DNA of 45,674 nucleotides from Oscillospiraceae bacterium (GCA_015064065.1 SVSY01000003.1:1-45674), one strand, 5' to 3'; counted from the stretch's first letter, positions 1 through 10,044 are shown. Notes: a model not told the origin generated them from the sequence alone. Program-made: numbers and translations.

Positions 1-186
1 GCCTATCTGAGCTTCGGGAGTCGGGCGCGAAAGACGTACCTCAAAGGCAGGGTTGGCGCGGAGAAGATCTGCAAGCAGTATGCCGACTCTGAAAACGATA
101 TCCTGCTCGCGAAGTCCGTTGCCTTCAGCTCCTGCATTGGGATTTTGCGGATTGTGTCCCTGATCTACGTATATTTTTATCGCCAT
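1..186 (-). CDS. N-acetylmuramoyl-L-alanine amidase (Amidase_3 family), 5' part, runs off the window start
   Basis: Not in the ORF track. Manual translation from ATG at 186 gives MAIKIYVDQGHNPQNPNAGAEGNGLREQDIVFRVG..., with the Amidase_3 DxGH and E zinc-ligand motifs. RBS AAGGAAGG upstream. Confidence 0.85.
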   Translation of the reverse strand, partial: MAIKIYVDQGHNPQNPNAGAEGNGLREQDIVFRVGILLADLLRANPAFEVRLSRPTPEAQIG

Positions 187-232
187 GATCAACCTTCCTT
201 ACTGAATTTCTAAAAGGACGTTCCTTTGTAAA

Positions 233-260
233 ATGATATGAGAAAATACATAGGAACGTG
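233..260 (-). promoter_or_regulatory. Possible sigma-K-type (mother cell) promoter of the amidase
   Basis: Minus strand reads CACG-N16-CATATCAT, matching the sigK pattern AC-N16/17-CATAnnnT. Fits a sporulation amidase. Confidence 0.35.
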
Positions 261-278
261 ATAGAAAGAGAGCTTTAA

Positions 279-1154
279 ATGAACTATTCGGATAATACTG
301 AAAAAAATAAGACCGTCGGCGGAATGCTTTACGTTGTGGCAACGCCGATAGGAAATCTTGCCGATATCGGTCAGCGAGCGCTCAATGTGCTCAGCGAGGT
401 CGATTTTATAGCCGCTGAGGATACGCGTAATTCCTTGCGGCTTCTGACACATTTCGGAATATCAAAGCCCCTCGTTTCCTACCACGAGCACAACAAGCGT
501 GAAAAGGGAGAGGAGATAGTAAAAAGATTACTCGGGGGCGAGTCCTGCGCTATCGTTACCGATGCGGGAACGCCTGCGATATCCGACCCGGGAGAAGATC
601 TTGTAAGACTCTGTGCAGAGAGCGGAGTGCCCGTGACCTCTGTTCCGGGTGCGTGCGCGCTCATCACGGCACTTACGCTTTCGGGTCTGCCTACGGCGCG
701 GTTTACCTTTGAGGGCTTTTTGCCCGTAACCAAAAAGGAGAGAAGAGAACGTCTTGAAGCGCTTGCGTGTGAGGAGCGTACGTTCATTTTGCACGAAGCT
801 CCGCACAAGCTTCGCACAACGCTCGACGATCTTCTGAAAGTACTTGGCGGCGAACGAAGGATAGCACTTTGCAGAGAACTAACAAAGCTCAACGAAGAGG
901 TGTGCAGAACAACGCTCGAGGGAGCGGTGAATATCTATTCCGAGCGCGAGCCGAGAGGCGAATACGTGCTCGTTATCGCAGGCGGCTCGGGTAAAAGATC
1001 GGCAGATGAAGACGGAACGTCGGATATGTCGCCCGAGGAAGCAGTTGCATATTATTCAGAAAAGGGAATGAGCAGAAACGACGCAATAAAGGCGGCGGCA
1101 AAGGCACTTGGGCTGACCAGAAATCAGCTTTACGGAATGCTTTTGGATAAATAG
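279..1154 (+). CDS. rsmI: 16S rRNA (cytidine1402-2'-O)-methyltransferase
   Basis: LYVVATPIGNLADI, AEDTR, DAGTPAISDPG and RELTK motifs. Confidence 0.95.
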   Translation: MNYSDNTEKNKTVGGMLYVVATPIGNLADIGQRALNVLSEVDFIAAEDTRNSLRLLTHFGISKPLVSYHEHNKREKGEEIVKRLLGGESCAIVTDAGTPAISDPGEDLVRLCAESGVPVTSVPGACALITALTLSGLPTARFTFEGFLPVTKKERRERLEALACEERTFILHEAPHKLRTTLDDLLKVLGGERRIALCRELTKLNEEVCRTTLEGAVNIYSEREPRGEYVLVIAGGSGKRSADEDGTSDMSPEEAVAYYSEKGMSRNDAIKAAAKALGLTRNQLYGMLLDK

Positions 1155-1300
1155 AGCGAATTTTGTGTAATTTTACCAAACTAAAGCGTTTCAATGTGTA
1201 AACTTTTACTCAACGCACAATAAAAAAATCTTGATTTTTGTTCTCAAATATGATATTATAATTGTATATTTATTATAGTTTATTCTGAAAGGATAATATT

Positions 1301-2377
1301 ATGGAAAAGATGAAGGTCGGCGTTGTCGGCGCTACGGGTATGGTAGGACAGCGCTTCTTGACGTTGCTTGAGAACCACCCTTATTTTGAAGTTACAGCTC
1401 TCGCGGCTTCCGCGCGTTCTGCAGGAAAAACATACGAGGAGGCGGTTGGCACTCGTTGGAAAATGAAGACTCCTATGCCCGAGAAATTCAAGAAGATGGT
1501 AGTTCTTGATGCGGCACAGATAGACGAGGTAGGAAAGCTCGTAAGCTTCGTGTTCTGCGCGGTAGATATGAAGAAGGACGAGATAAAGGCACTTGAGGAG
1601 GCATACGCTAAGCACGAGATCCCCGTTGTATCCAACAACTCTGCTCACCGTTGGACTCCCGACGTTCCTATGGTAATTCCGGAGATAAACAATTCTCACT
1701 ACGAGGTGATCGCCGCACAGAGAAAGAGACTTGGAACTAAGCGCGGATTTATAGCAGTTAAGCCTAACTGCTCGATACAGTCCTACGTTCCTATGCTCAC
1801 TCCTTTGCTCAAGTTCGGCATCAAGGAAGTGGTTGCTACTACCTATCAGGCAATTTCGGGTGCAGGTAAGACCTTCAACGAGTGGCCCGAGATGATAGAC
1901 AACGTTATTCCTTACATTGGCGGCGAGGAAGAGAAGAGCGAGCAGGAGCCGCTTCGCGTTTGGGGTAAGGTGGTTGACGGCGAGATCGTAAAGGCAGAAG
2001 CTCCCATCATCACCACACAGTGCATCAGAGTTCCCGTTACCGACGGACATACTGCGGCTGTATTTGTAAAGTTTGAAAACAAGCCCACCAAGGAAGAGAT
2101 CCTTGAGGCGTGGAAGAACTTCAAGGGCAAGCCTCAGGAGCTTGGACTTCCCAGCGCACCCGAACAGTTCATTACCTATTTTGAAGAGGATAACCGTCCT
2201 CAAGCCGCACTTGATCGCGATATTTACGGCGGAATGGGCGTTACTGCGGGCAGACTTCGCGAGGATAGCCTTTATGACTATAAGTTCGTAGGTCTTTCGC
2301 ATAACACGCTTCGCGGTGCGGCAGGCGGTGCTGTGCTCAACGCAGAGCTTCTCTACAAAGAAGGATATTTCGATTGA
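1301..2377 (+). CDS. asd: Aspartate-semialdehyde dehydrogenase
   Basis: GATGMVG NAD-binding motif, KPNC catalytic Cys, QAISGAG, HNTLRGAAG. Confidence 0.95.
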   Translation: MEKMKVGVVGATGMVGQRFLTLLENHPYFEVTALAASARSAGKTYEEAVGTRWKMKTPMPEKFKKMVVLDAAQIDEVGKLVSFVFCAVDMKKDEIKALEEAYAKHEIPVVSNNSAHRWTPDVPMVIPEINNSHYEVIAAQRKRLGTKRGFIAVKPNCSIQSYVPMLTPLLKFGIKEVVATTYQAISGAGKTFNEWPEMIDNVIPYIGGEEEKSEQEPLRVWGKVVDGEIVKAEAPIITTQCIRVPVTDGHTAAVFVKFENKPTKEEILEAWKNFKGKPQELGLPSAPEQFITYFEEDNRPQAALDRDIYGGMGVTAGRLREDSLYDYKFVGLSHNTLRGAAGGAVLNAELLYKEGYFD

Positions 2378-2387
2378 TCTGATCATT

Positions 2388-2429
2388 AAAAGCAATCATA
2401 TGAGGCACTCTCGTATGGTTGCTTTTTTT
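2388..2429 (+). terminator. Intrinsic terminator after asd
   Basis: AAAGCAATCATATGAG/CTCGTATGGTTGCTTT hairpin followed by a T tract. Confidence 0.7.
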
Positions 2430-2447
2430 AAAAAAGGAGGGCGGAAA

Positions 2448-4184
2448 ATGACCGAAAATTTTGAAATAAACGGCAGGATTTATACGTTTGAGAGCGAGCA
2501 AGAGCTGAAGATAGATTTTTATCTTGAGAAAAAAGAGGGCGATATCTCTTATTTTAAGGTGAGATTTGATTTCTGTGAGGCTCTTCTTCCCAAGACCGTG
2601 TCGCTCTCATACAAAATGCCCGCGGTAGACGTGTACAATTTGTGGGATCCGATGACGCGTGTGCATTACCTCGGATTTGGCAAGCAACCGACACATTCAA
2701 GGCTTTCCGGAGGTATGCCGATAAAGCAGCTCATATCGAAGTCGGGCAAAAACAGATATCTCATCACCGTATCAGACGTAAAAAGCCCCCTGTGTATTTC
2801 GGCAGGTGCGAGCGAGAGAAACGGTATGATGCACGTTCAGATAGACTTTTTTACAGGTATCACCGGTCCGTTTGATAAGTACGAAGCGACCGTCAGAATA
2901 GACGAGCGCGATATTCTGTTTGACGATGCGATCCTTGAGGCGAGAGAATGGTTCTCCGAGCTTGGATACCGTGCTTCTGTCGCGCCCGAAAAGGCAAAAG
3001 AGCCTATGTATTCGACCTGGTATTCGCTCTGGCAGACTATGACCGCCAAGGAGGTCCTCCGAGAATGTAAGCAAGCCGTGAAGCTTGGTATGAAGACCGT
3101 CATTATCGATGACGGTTGGCAGAAGGCGGTCGGCGGCAGAGTTTACGAGTTTGTAGGGGATTGGACACCCGAAAAGCGCCGCTTCGGCGACCTTGAAAAG
3201 CTTACGCCCAAGCTTCACGCTATGGGGCTTAATGTAATGCTTTGGTTCAGTATGGCGTTCATTGGTTTCAAGGCAAAGAATTATAAGCGTTTTGAGGGCA
3301 AATATCTGCGCGAGCATCCCGAAGGAAATTACGCGGTGCTTGACCCCAGATACAAGGAGGTCCGCGATTTTCTGATCGAGACCTACGTTGACGCGGTCAA
3401 GCGTTACGACCTCGACGGACTTAAGCTCGATTTTATAGACCGATTCAGCTCGAACGGCAAGATAGAAGAGGGAATGGATTTTGCCTCTGTTGAGGATGCG
3501 ACCGAACAGCTCTTAAAGGATATTACCGAGGCGCTCAACGCAATAAAGCCGAATATGCTCATAGAGTTCCGTCAGCCCTACTTTGGACCTGTTATCAGCT
3601 CTTACGGTAATATGATACGCGTTTGGGACTGTCCGCTTGACTCGGTCGTAAACAAAAACGCTACGATAAATCTTCGTCTCACATCATCAAGCTGTGCGGT
3701 CCATTCGGATATGATGTATTGGAGCGAGGAGGATACCCCGGAGAATGTAGCGGTTCAGCTTTGGGGCACTATGTTCTCTGTGCCGCAGATATCGAATATT
3801 TATTCCAAGACTACACCTGAGCAGAGAGAAGTGCTCAAGAATTATCTTGATTTCTGGATGGCGCATAAGGATACGCTTATGAACGGCAAGCTCAACGTGA
3901 AGCTCGAGGGCTACGGCTACGGTTATGCGACGGCTAAGAGTGATGAAGAGAAGATAGCGCTTGCGATCTCGACACCGATCTGCGACGCGACCGACGGTTG
4001 TGCGAAAACTTATATGGTGAACCTCACTGACAGCGAGAATGTAATTCTCAAAGCGGAGAAGGGTAGCTATATCGAGGTGCTCGATTGCCGCGGTAAGCGT
4101 GTCGGCGGCAAGAAACGCGTCCGCACAAGCCTTAATGAAATATACGTTCCCCTCGGCGCGCGCCTTTGCGTGACGAAAGAGTAA
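2448..4184 (+). CDS. Alpha-galactosidase-like glycoside hydrolase (GH36/clan D)
   Basis: YSTWY, IIDDGWQ, GDW, LKLDF (nucleophile) and RVWDC motifs. Start moved to ATG 2448 behind AGGAGG. Confidence 0.8.
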   Translation: MTENFEINGRIYTFESEQELKIDFYLEKKEGDISYFKVRFDFCEALLPKTVSLSYKMPAVDVYNLWDPMTRVHYLGFGKQPTHSRLSGGMPIKQLISKSGKNRYLITVSDVKSPLCISAGASERNGMMHVQIDFFTGITGPFDKYEATVRIDERDILFDDAILEAREWFSELGYRASVAPEKAKEPMYSTWYSLWQTMTAKEVLRECKQAVKLGMKTVIIDDGWQKAVGGRVYEFVGDWTPEKRRFGDLEKLTPKLHAMGLNVMLWFSMAFIGFKAKNYKRFEGKYLREHPEGNYAVLDPRYKEVRDFLIETYVDAVKRYDLDGLKLDFIDRFSSNGKIEEGMDFASVEDATEQLLKDITEALNAIKPNMLIEFRQPYFGPVISSYGNMIRVWDCPLDSVVNKNATINLRLTSSSCAVHSDMMYWSEEDTPENVAVQLWGTMFSVPQISNIYSKTTPEQREVLKNYLDFWMAHKDTLMNGKLNVKLEGYGYGYATAKSDEEKIALAISTPICDATDGCAKTYMVNLTDSENVILKAEKGSYIEVLDCRGKRVGGKKRVRTSLNEIYVPLGARLCVTKE

Positions 4185-4292
4185 GTTTGAGTTGGATTTT
4201 TGGCCATTTTCTTTTGTAGAAAATAACCGAAAGAACTTAAATGGATTACGTGTCGGAATTTATTATAAAGGTTGTCCTTATCACAAAAAACA

Positions 4293-4326
4293 GGGGCTGT
4301 CTCAAATGCAAATTTGAGACAGCCCT
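4293..4326 (+). terminator. Inverted repeat / probable terminator
   Basis: 14-bp perfect stem GGGCTGTCTCAAAT-GCAA-ATTTGAGACAGCCC. Confidence 0.6.
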
Positions 4327-4374
4327 ACTTTAAGGGGATAGTCAGATTTATTATATCAAAATATAAAAATGCGG

Positions 4375-4403
4375 TTGACAAACGTCGGATTATGTTGTAT
4401 AAT
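4375..4403 (+). promoter_or_regulatory. Sigma-A promoter
   Basis: Perfect TTGACA-N17-TATAAT. Confidence 0.85.
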
Positions 4404-4415
4404 TACATTGTAAAA

Positions 4416-4526
4416 TGAGGGAGTAGCGGCGTGCATATCGCACGTAGCAAGTTCAACATCATGGCGAAAGCCTGGCTTGCTTTAAATGTCCAGACTCAAT
4501 ATGCGAGAGCATATTGGGCTTTTTTT
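4416..4526 (+). ncRNA. yybP-ykoY (Mn2+-sensing) riboswitch with overlapping intrinsic terminator
   Basis: TGAG-GGAGTAG at the 5' end and AGA-CTCA at the 3' end form P1. Internal stem AGCAAGT..TCAACAT..GGC-GAAA-GCC..GCTTGCT. The terminator GACTCAATATGC-GAGA-GCATATTGGGC-T7 overlaps the 3' P1 strand, as expected for an ON switch. Lies directly after the promoter. Confidence 0.75.
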
Positions 4527-4571
4527 ATGCATAATATCGCCCGTTTCTACTCAAAAATAAAGGAGAAAGAT

Positions 4572-5720
4572 ATGATTGGGTTCAACATCCTACTGTTTGC
4601 CATCGGTCTCGTAATGCTCATCAAGGGTGGAGATTGGTTCGTCGACAGCGCTTCGGGAATAGCAAGGAAATTCCATCTCCCCGAGCTTCTTATCGGCGCG
4701 ACCGTCGTTTCTATAGGTACGACGCTTCCCGAGGTCATGGTGTCTGCTCAGGGTGCTGTGGCAGGCTCGGGCGGAATGGCGTACGGAAACGCAATTGGCT
4801 CTATAATCTGCAATACCTCGCTCATCGCGGCTATTACTATCGCGATAAAGCCTGGCAAGGTCGAGCGCAAGTCAATGATACTCCCCGTGTGCTTCTTCTT
4901 CTGTGCGGCGATATTCTATATGGCGATCGCGTATTTTACGGGAGAATTTACACGCACGGTTGGCGTGATCCTGCTTCTCGCATTTGCCGCGTATATGATC
5001 ACGACCGTGCTTTCTATGAAGAAAAAGTCGATAAGCGAGCCCGAGGTTCACGTCGAAGAAGAACCTGAGGAGCGCAAGCCCATAACTTTTGCCGCGCTCG
5101 CGATCGAGGCACTCGTCGTTATTATCGGCGGCGCGTTTATGATCTACAAGGGCGGCATAATGCTCATCATCGCGATCGCGATGATAGTTATCTTCGCACT
5201 CTACGCGATTATCGCAATAGCAAAGATGGCTAAAAAGCAGGAGTTTTCGCCTATCCTCAGAGATATTCTGTTTATCATCGTCGGTGCGGCAGTTATTGCC
5301 GGCGGAGCAAATCTGCTCGTTGACAGCGGCACTTACATAGCGACCGAGCTCGGAGTTCCCGATACGGTTATTGCGCTTACGTTCGTTGCTCTCGGAACAT
5401 CGCTTCCTGAGCTCGTTACGGCGATCACGTCACTTGCAAAGGGACACGGCGCGCTCTCGCTTGGAAATATTATCGGTGCAAATCTTTTCAATCTCGTGCT
5501 CGTCAGCGGTGTGTCTACGGTAATATCTCCGTTCCCCGTACCGTCCGAGTCAACGATAGCAGGTATGCCTGCGTCCTTCGTGCTTGATCTGCCCGTAATG
5601 CTCGGAGTTATGTTGCTTATGACGCTGCCTGCGCTTATCCGCGGAAAGCTCTCAAGAGTGCAGGGAATACTTTTGCTGTGCGTCTATGCGGCATTTTGCA
5701 CGATTCAGTTCGTAATGTAA
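4572..5720 (+). CDS. Calcium/sodium antiporter (CaCA/YrbG family)
   Basis: Two alpha-repeats, GTTLPE..GNAIGS and GTSLPE..GNIIGAN. True start ATG 4572 behind AAGGAG; the upstream ORF extension is the riboswitch. Confidence 0.9.
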   Translation: MIGFNILLFAIGLVMLIKGGDWFVDSASGIARKFHLPELLIGATVVSIGTTLPEVMVSAQGAVAGSGGMAYGNAIGSIICNTSLIAAITIAIKPGKVERKSMILPVCFFFCAAIFYMAIAYFTGEFTRTVGVILLLAFAAYMITTVLSMKKKSISEPEVHVEEEPEERKPITFAALAIEALVVIIGGAFMIYKGGIMLIIAIAMIVIFALYAIIAIAKMAKKQEFSPILRDILFIIVGAAVIAGGANLLVDSGTYIATELGVPDTVIALTFVALGTSLPELVTAITSLAKGHGALSLGNIIGANLFNLVLVSGVSTVISPFPVPSESTIAGMPASFVLDLPVMLGVMLLMTLPALIRGKLSRVQGILLLCVYAAFCTIQFVM

Positions 5721-5753
5721 AAAAATATATAAAATAAAAGGGAGATAAAACAA

Positions 5754-6881
5754 ATGGAAATTCTTTACGAGAACATACTGCTTCTGTTTGAGAACGGCGG
5801 TTGGCAGAGAATGGTGATGTGGGCTATCGGCGCACTACTCATATTCCTTGCTATCAAGTTCGACATGGAGCCGACACTTCTTCTTCCTATGGGTTTTGGA
5901 GCTATCATCGTCAATATTCCCGCAATATACGATGGCGCACTCAAAACGCTTTTCGATGCAGGTATATCCAATGAGCTCTTCCCACTGATCCTTTTCATAG
6001 GTATCGGCGCGATGATCGACTTCGGTCCGATACTCTCAAACCCCAAGCTTATGATCTTCGGTGCGGCGGCACAGTTCGGTATCTTTTTTACCTTCTGCCT
6101 CGCGTCAATGTTCTTTACACTTCCCGAAGCGGCATCTATAGGTATAATCGGTGCGGCTGACGGTCCTACAGCGATCGTAGTTGCTCAGAAGCTTCTCGGC
6201 AATGCATCTACCATCACAGGTGCTATTATGGTTGCGGCGTACTCTTATATGGCGCTCGTTCCGATCATTCAGCCTCCCATTATCAAGCTTCTCACAACCA
6301 AGAAGGAAAGACTTATCCGTATGCCATACAAGGCAAAGACGGTATCCAAGACCACAAGAATACTCTTCCCGATAATCATAACCATTATCGCAGGTCTCGT
6401 AGCTCCCGAGTCTATCGACCTTCTCGGATTTTTGATGTTCGGTAACCTTATCCGTGAGTGCGGAGTTCTCAACTCGCTCTCCGAGACCGCGCAGAAGGTG
6501 CTTGCAAACCTCATTACCATATTCCTCGGTATCACTGTTGCAACGCAGATGACTGCGGATAAGTTCATTCAGCCTGCAACTCTTCTTATTCTCGGACTCG
6601 GACTCTTCGCGTTTATCTTCGACACCGCAGGCGGTGTTCTTTTCGCGAAGTTCCTCAACCTCTTCCTAAAGGAAAAGATCAATCCTATGATCGGTGCGGC
6701 AGGTATTTCCGCATTCCCGATGTCAGGACGTGTAGTTCATAAGATGGGACTTAAGGAAGATCCCCAGAACTTCCTCCTTATGCACTCTATAGGCGTAAAC
6801 GTATCAGGTCAGATCGCATCTGTTATAGCGGGCGGACTTATCCTCAGCTTCGCTATGGGCTTTGGCGTATTTGGCGGTTGA
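5754..6881 (+). CDS. oadB: Sodium ion-translocating decarboxylase subunit beta
   Basis: EPTLLLPMGFG, GIIGAADGPT, AAYSYMALVPIIQPP and GISAFPMS motifs. Confidence 0.92.
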   Translation: MEILYENILLLFENGGWQRMVMWAIGALLIFLAIKFDMEPTLLLPMGFGAIIVNIPAIYDGALKTLFDAGISNELFPLILFIGIGAMIDFGPILSNPKLMIFGAAAQFGIFFTFCLASMFFTLPEAASIGIIGAADGPTAIVVAQKLLGNASTITGAIMVAAYSYMALVPIIQPPIIKLLTTKKERLIRMPYKAKTVSKTTRILFPIIITIIAGLVAPESIDLLGFLMFGNLIRECGVLNSLSETAQKVLANLITIFLGITVATQMTADKFIQPATLLILGLGLFAFIFDTAGGVLFAKFLNLFLKEKINPMIGAAGISAFPMSGRVVHKMGLKEDPQNFLLMHSIGVNVSGQIASVIAGGLILSFAMGFGVFGG

Positions 6882-6896
6882 TGAAAGGAGATAAAG

Positions 6897-7085
6897 ATGG
6901 ATATTTTCAGCAATTTCAACTTAAATAGATTTTTATTCTCTCTTCAGTATATGTGGAAGGGAATGCTTTGCATATTTATCGTAATAGCAGTTATAATTCT
7001 TTCGGTCGTCATTATGAACTTCTTCTCGGCAAAGGCTCAGCAAAGACGAGAGCTTAGCGAGAGCGAAGAGAGTAGCGAAAACTAA
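6897..7085 (+). CDS. OadG/MmdD-like single-TM decarboxylase subunit
   Basis: 62 aa with one TM helix (GMLCIFIVIAVII) next to oadB. RBS AAAGGAG. Confidence 0.6.
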   Translation: MDIFSNFNLNRFLFSLQYMWKGMLCIFIVIAVIILSVVIMNFFSAKAQQRRELSESEESSEN

Positions 7086-7105
7086 AGACGGTCTCCGTTC
7101 AAACT

Positions 7106-7141
7106 AAAAATAGCTGTCTCGGCTGAGACAGCTATTTTTTT
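7106..7141 (+). terminator. Intrinsic terminator of the antiporter-oadB-oadG operon
   Basis: AAAAATAGCTGTCTC-GGCT-GAGACAGCTATTTTT. Confidence 0.85.
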
Positions 7142-7150
7142 AAGCAAGTA

Positions 7151-7179
7151 TTGACGGCAGAGCGGGGATATGGTAAAAT
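7151..7179 (+). promoter_or_regulatory. Sigma-A promoter of GH3 gene 1
   Basis: TTGACG-N17-TAAAAT with extended TG. Confidence 0.65.
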
Positions 7180-7208
7180 ATATCTACATAATAAAACGAG
7201 GTGATGGC

Positions 7209-10001
7209 ATGAGAAGCGTTTTTATGAAGGTATTGTCGGTTATACTTGTGATTTTTATGCTTATGACTTTTGCCACAAGCTGTGGAAAGCAGGACAAGCA
7301 AGGAGAGGCGACCGAGAAGGCAACAGATCCGGAGGTCGACAAAAACGATAACGGAGATAAAGAAAGTATCAGCAAACCGCTTGGCGACAGAGTGCCGTAT
7401 GATCTCGGAAAGATACCGCTTGCACGTAGAGCGGCAAGCGAGGGGATGGTATTGCTCAAAAACGAGGATTCGGCTCTTCCCTTGATGCCTGAGGATAACG
7501 TTGCGCTTATTGGCGATGGAGTCAATAACCTTTACGGCGGTGGAACGGGATCGGGAAGTATGAAGGTCGATACTGTCAATCTGCTTGATGGAATGAAGAC
7601 AAAGCAAGGTGAAAACAAGCTTACGCTCAATAAGGAGCTCGTTTCTTCATATAGCAGAAGATATGATTATGTCCCGTCCTACAGTGATCTCAAGACGGCG
7701 AGCAAGGTGTCGGATACGGCGGTGTATACGATATGCAGATTGGCAGGAGAGGGTGGAGACCGTTCGTCGACTGCAGGAGACTACAGGCTTTCGGTAAACG
7801 AGAAAACGATGCTTGACAATCTCGTTTCGGTTGGATTTGAGAAGATAATAGTAGTGCTTAACGTGGGCGGAGTTATAGACACGACGAGCCTGCTCGCGTA
7901 TCCTCAGGTCAAGGCTATTCTTTTGTCTTGGCAACCGGGACAGTATGCGGGTGACGCTATTGCAGATGTGCTTGTCGGCGACGTAAATCCGAGTGGAAAA
8001 CTTGTCGATACCTTTGCTAAAAAATACGCGGATTATCCGTCTTCAAAAAACTTTAATGTGAGCACGGATCACGTTGATTATACTGAGGATATTTTCGTTG
8101 GATACCGCTATTTTGAGACATTTGATCCAAACTATGATACGGTCAATTTCGAATTTGGATTTGGACTTTCGTATACGACCTTTGAGTATTCGGACATATC
8201 TTTTGGTGTAGGAGAGGACGAAATAAGCGTTAGCGTGAAGGTGACGAATACGGGTGGCGTAAGTGGCAAAGAAAGCGTCCAGCTTTATTTCTCAGCGCCT
8301 CAGGGTAAGCTTGGTAAGCCTGCCAAGGAGCTTTGCGCTTTTGCAAAGACCGATCTGCTTGAGCCCGGTACGTCTCAGATTCTTACAATGACGGTAGATA
8401 TCGAAGAGCTTTCGAGCTATGACGATGTCGGAAAGGTACAAAGATCTGCATACGTTATCGAAGCGGGTGAATACGAATTTTTGCTCGGTTCATCGGTCAA
8501 AAACGTTACATCCGTTGGAAAATATACGGTGGCGGAGAACGTGATCACCCGTCAGCTCAGCGAACAGCTTCCCGCGCGTTTGCTTAATAAGAGATTGCTT
8601 GCCGACGGAAGCTACGAGGACGTATTCAGCGATCACGCGATCGAGGTCCTCACGTCACGCTCGGACAGGGTATGCATTGAAGCACCGGAGGAGATCATAC
8701 GCTTTGAAGAGCTTTACGAGCATCCGGAACTTATGGACAGCTTTCTGGCTCAGCTGACACCGCATCAGATGATAGATATGTGTTATGGAAATGCGGCATC
8801 ACTCGCGGGTGGAACGGGTGGTATAGGATACGTATTTGAATACGGTATCCCTTCCGTTGAGACTGCCGACGGTCCTGCGGGACTCAGAATTACAAATCCT
8901 TGCACCGCGTGGCCCGTAGCTACCTTGCTTGCGTGCACTTGGGATACGGATCTGCTTTACGAGATAGGCGAGCAGATAGGAGCGGAGGCAAAGAGAGAGG
9001 GCGTTGAGGTTTGGCTTGCACCCGCAGTAAACATTCACAGAGATCCGCTGTGCGGACGAAATTTTGAATATTACTCGGAAGATCCCTTCCTTTCGGGTAT
9101 GATGGCGGCATCTATAACAAATGCCGTGCAGAAAAACGGCGTAGGCGTTTGTATAAAGCATTTTGTCGGAAACGAGAAAGAGGGTAACCGAAATAATTCC
9201 GACAGTCGTATGTCAGAGCGCGCTTTGCGCGAGATATATCTCCGCCCGTTTGAGATAGCGATAAAAGAGGCTGATCCTTGGATGATGATGAGCTCTTACA
9301 ATTACGTTAACGGAGTCGAGACGGCAGAGAGCTATGCGCTTATGACCGAGATACTGCGTAATGAATGGGGCTACGGCGGAGTCGTATGCACCGACTGGGG
9401 CAATAATTCCGAGCTTTACCGAGAGCTTCTCGCAGGCAACGACGTTAAGATGCCAAATGCCGAGATCGCGGCTACTGTAAAGGCATATGACGACGGAATA
9501 CTCACGAGAGCCGTTCTTGAAGAGCACGCAGAGCGCATAGTCAGATTGCTTTTGAAGTTCAATAAGAAATTAGAACCATATGACGAAGCGCCTGCGATAG
9601 ATATTTCAGATATTGTTCCTACCGTGATAAGATCGGTGGATTATATCGGAACGAACGGCGGAAAAACAGAGAGATGTGAGGATATCGGAGGAACGGCGAA
9701 TACTACGAACAACGACAGAGGAAGATATATCTACTACAAGATAAACGTAGCGACTGAGGGCGAATATCAGGTCAAGCTGAGAATAGCAAGTCCCGAGGGC
9801 AAGGGCGGATTTGACGTATTGGTGGACGGTGAGATGCTTGCTTCCTTTAAAAATACCGAGGCTACAGGCGGTTGGCAGAAGTGGATAGAATCGAAAGAGG
9901 TACTTACGCTGACTCTTCCCAAAGGCGAACATCTTCTCAAGCTTTCATTTACAGAGAGCGCTATGAACTTAAACACAATGACGTTTATTCCTGTTAAATA
10001 A
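7209..10001 (+). CDS. GH3 beta-glucosidase-like lipoprotein (C-domain, FnIII, N-barrel order) with C-terminal CBM6-like module
   Basis: Lipobox FATSC. Motifs EGMVLLKN, GEGGDR, YTEDIFVGYRYF, ADGPAG, CGRNFEYYSEDP, KH, TDW and TGGWQKW. Start ATG 7209 behind GAGGTG. Confidence 0.9.
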   Translation: MRSVFMKVLSVILVIFMLMTFATSCGKQDKQGEATEKATDPEVDKNDNGDKESISKPLGDRVPYDLGKIPLARRAASEGMVLLKNEDSALPLMPEDNVALIGDGVNNLYGGGTGSGSMKVDTVNLLDGMKTKQGENKLTLNKELVSSYSRRYDYVPSYSDLKTASKVSDTAVYTICRLAGEGGDRSSTAGDYRLSVNEKTMLDNLVSVGFEKIIVVLNVGGVIDTTSLLAYPQVKAILLSWQPGQYAGDAIADVLVGDVNPSGKLVDTFAKKYADYPSSKNFNVSTDHVDYTEDIFVGYRYFETFDPNYDTVNFEFGFGLSYTTFEYSDISFGVGEDEISVSVKVTNTGGVSGKESVQLYFSAPQGKLGKPAKELCAFAKTDLLEPGTSQILTMTVDIEELSSYDDVGKVQRSAYVIEAGEYEFLLGSSVKNVTSVGKYTVAENVITRQLSEQLPARLLNKRLLADGSYEDVFSDHAIEVLTSRSDRVCIEAPEEIIRFEELYEHPELMDSFLAQLTPHQMIDMCYGNAASLAGGTGGIGYVFEYGIPSVETADGPAGLRITNPCTAWPVATLLACTWDTDLLYEIGEQIGAEAKREGVEVWLAPAVNIHRDPLCGRNFEYYSEDPFLSGMMAASITNAVQKNGVGVCIKHFVGNEKEGNRNNSDSRMSERALREIYLRPFEIAIKEADPWMMMSSYNYVNGVETAESYALMTEILRNEWGYGGVVCTDWGNNSELYRELLAGNDVKMPNAEIAATVKAYDDGILTRAVLEEHAERIVRLLLKFNKKLEPYDEAPAIDISDIVPTVIRSVDYIGTNGGKTERCEDIGGTANTTNNDRGRYIYYKINVATEGEYQVKLRIASPEGKGGFDVLVDGEMLASFKNTEATGGWQKWIESKEVLTLTLPKGEHLLKLSFTESAMNLNTMTFIPVK

Positions 10002-10044
10002 TAGTTATAGAATTGCATAAGATGTTAAATTTTAATAAAAATGA

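Noticed and set aside
4431-4571. N-terminal extensions in the ORF track (also at 2316, 7170, 21690, 29794, 33401, 37736)
   Set aside because: They run through riboswitch, terminator or promoter DNA or the upstream gene; better starts with an RBS lie downstream.
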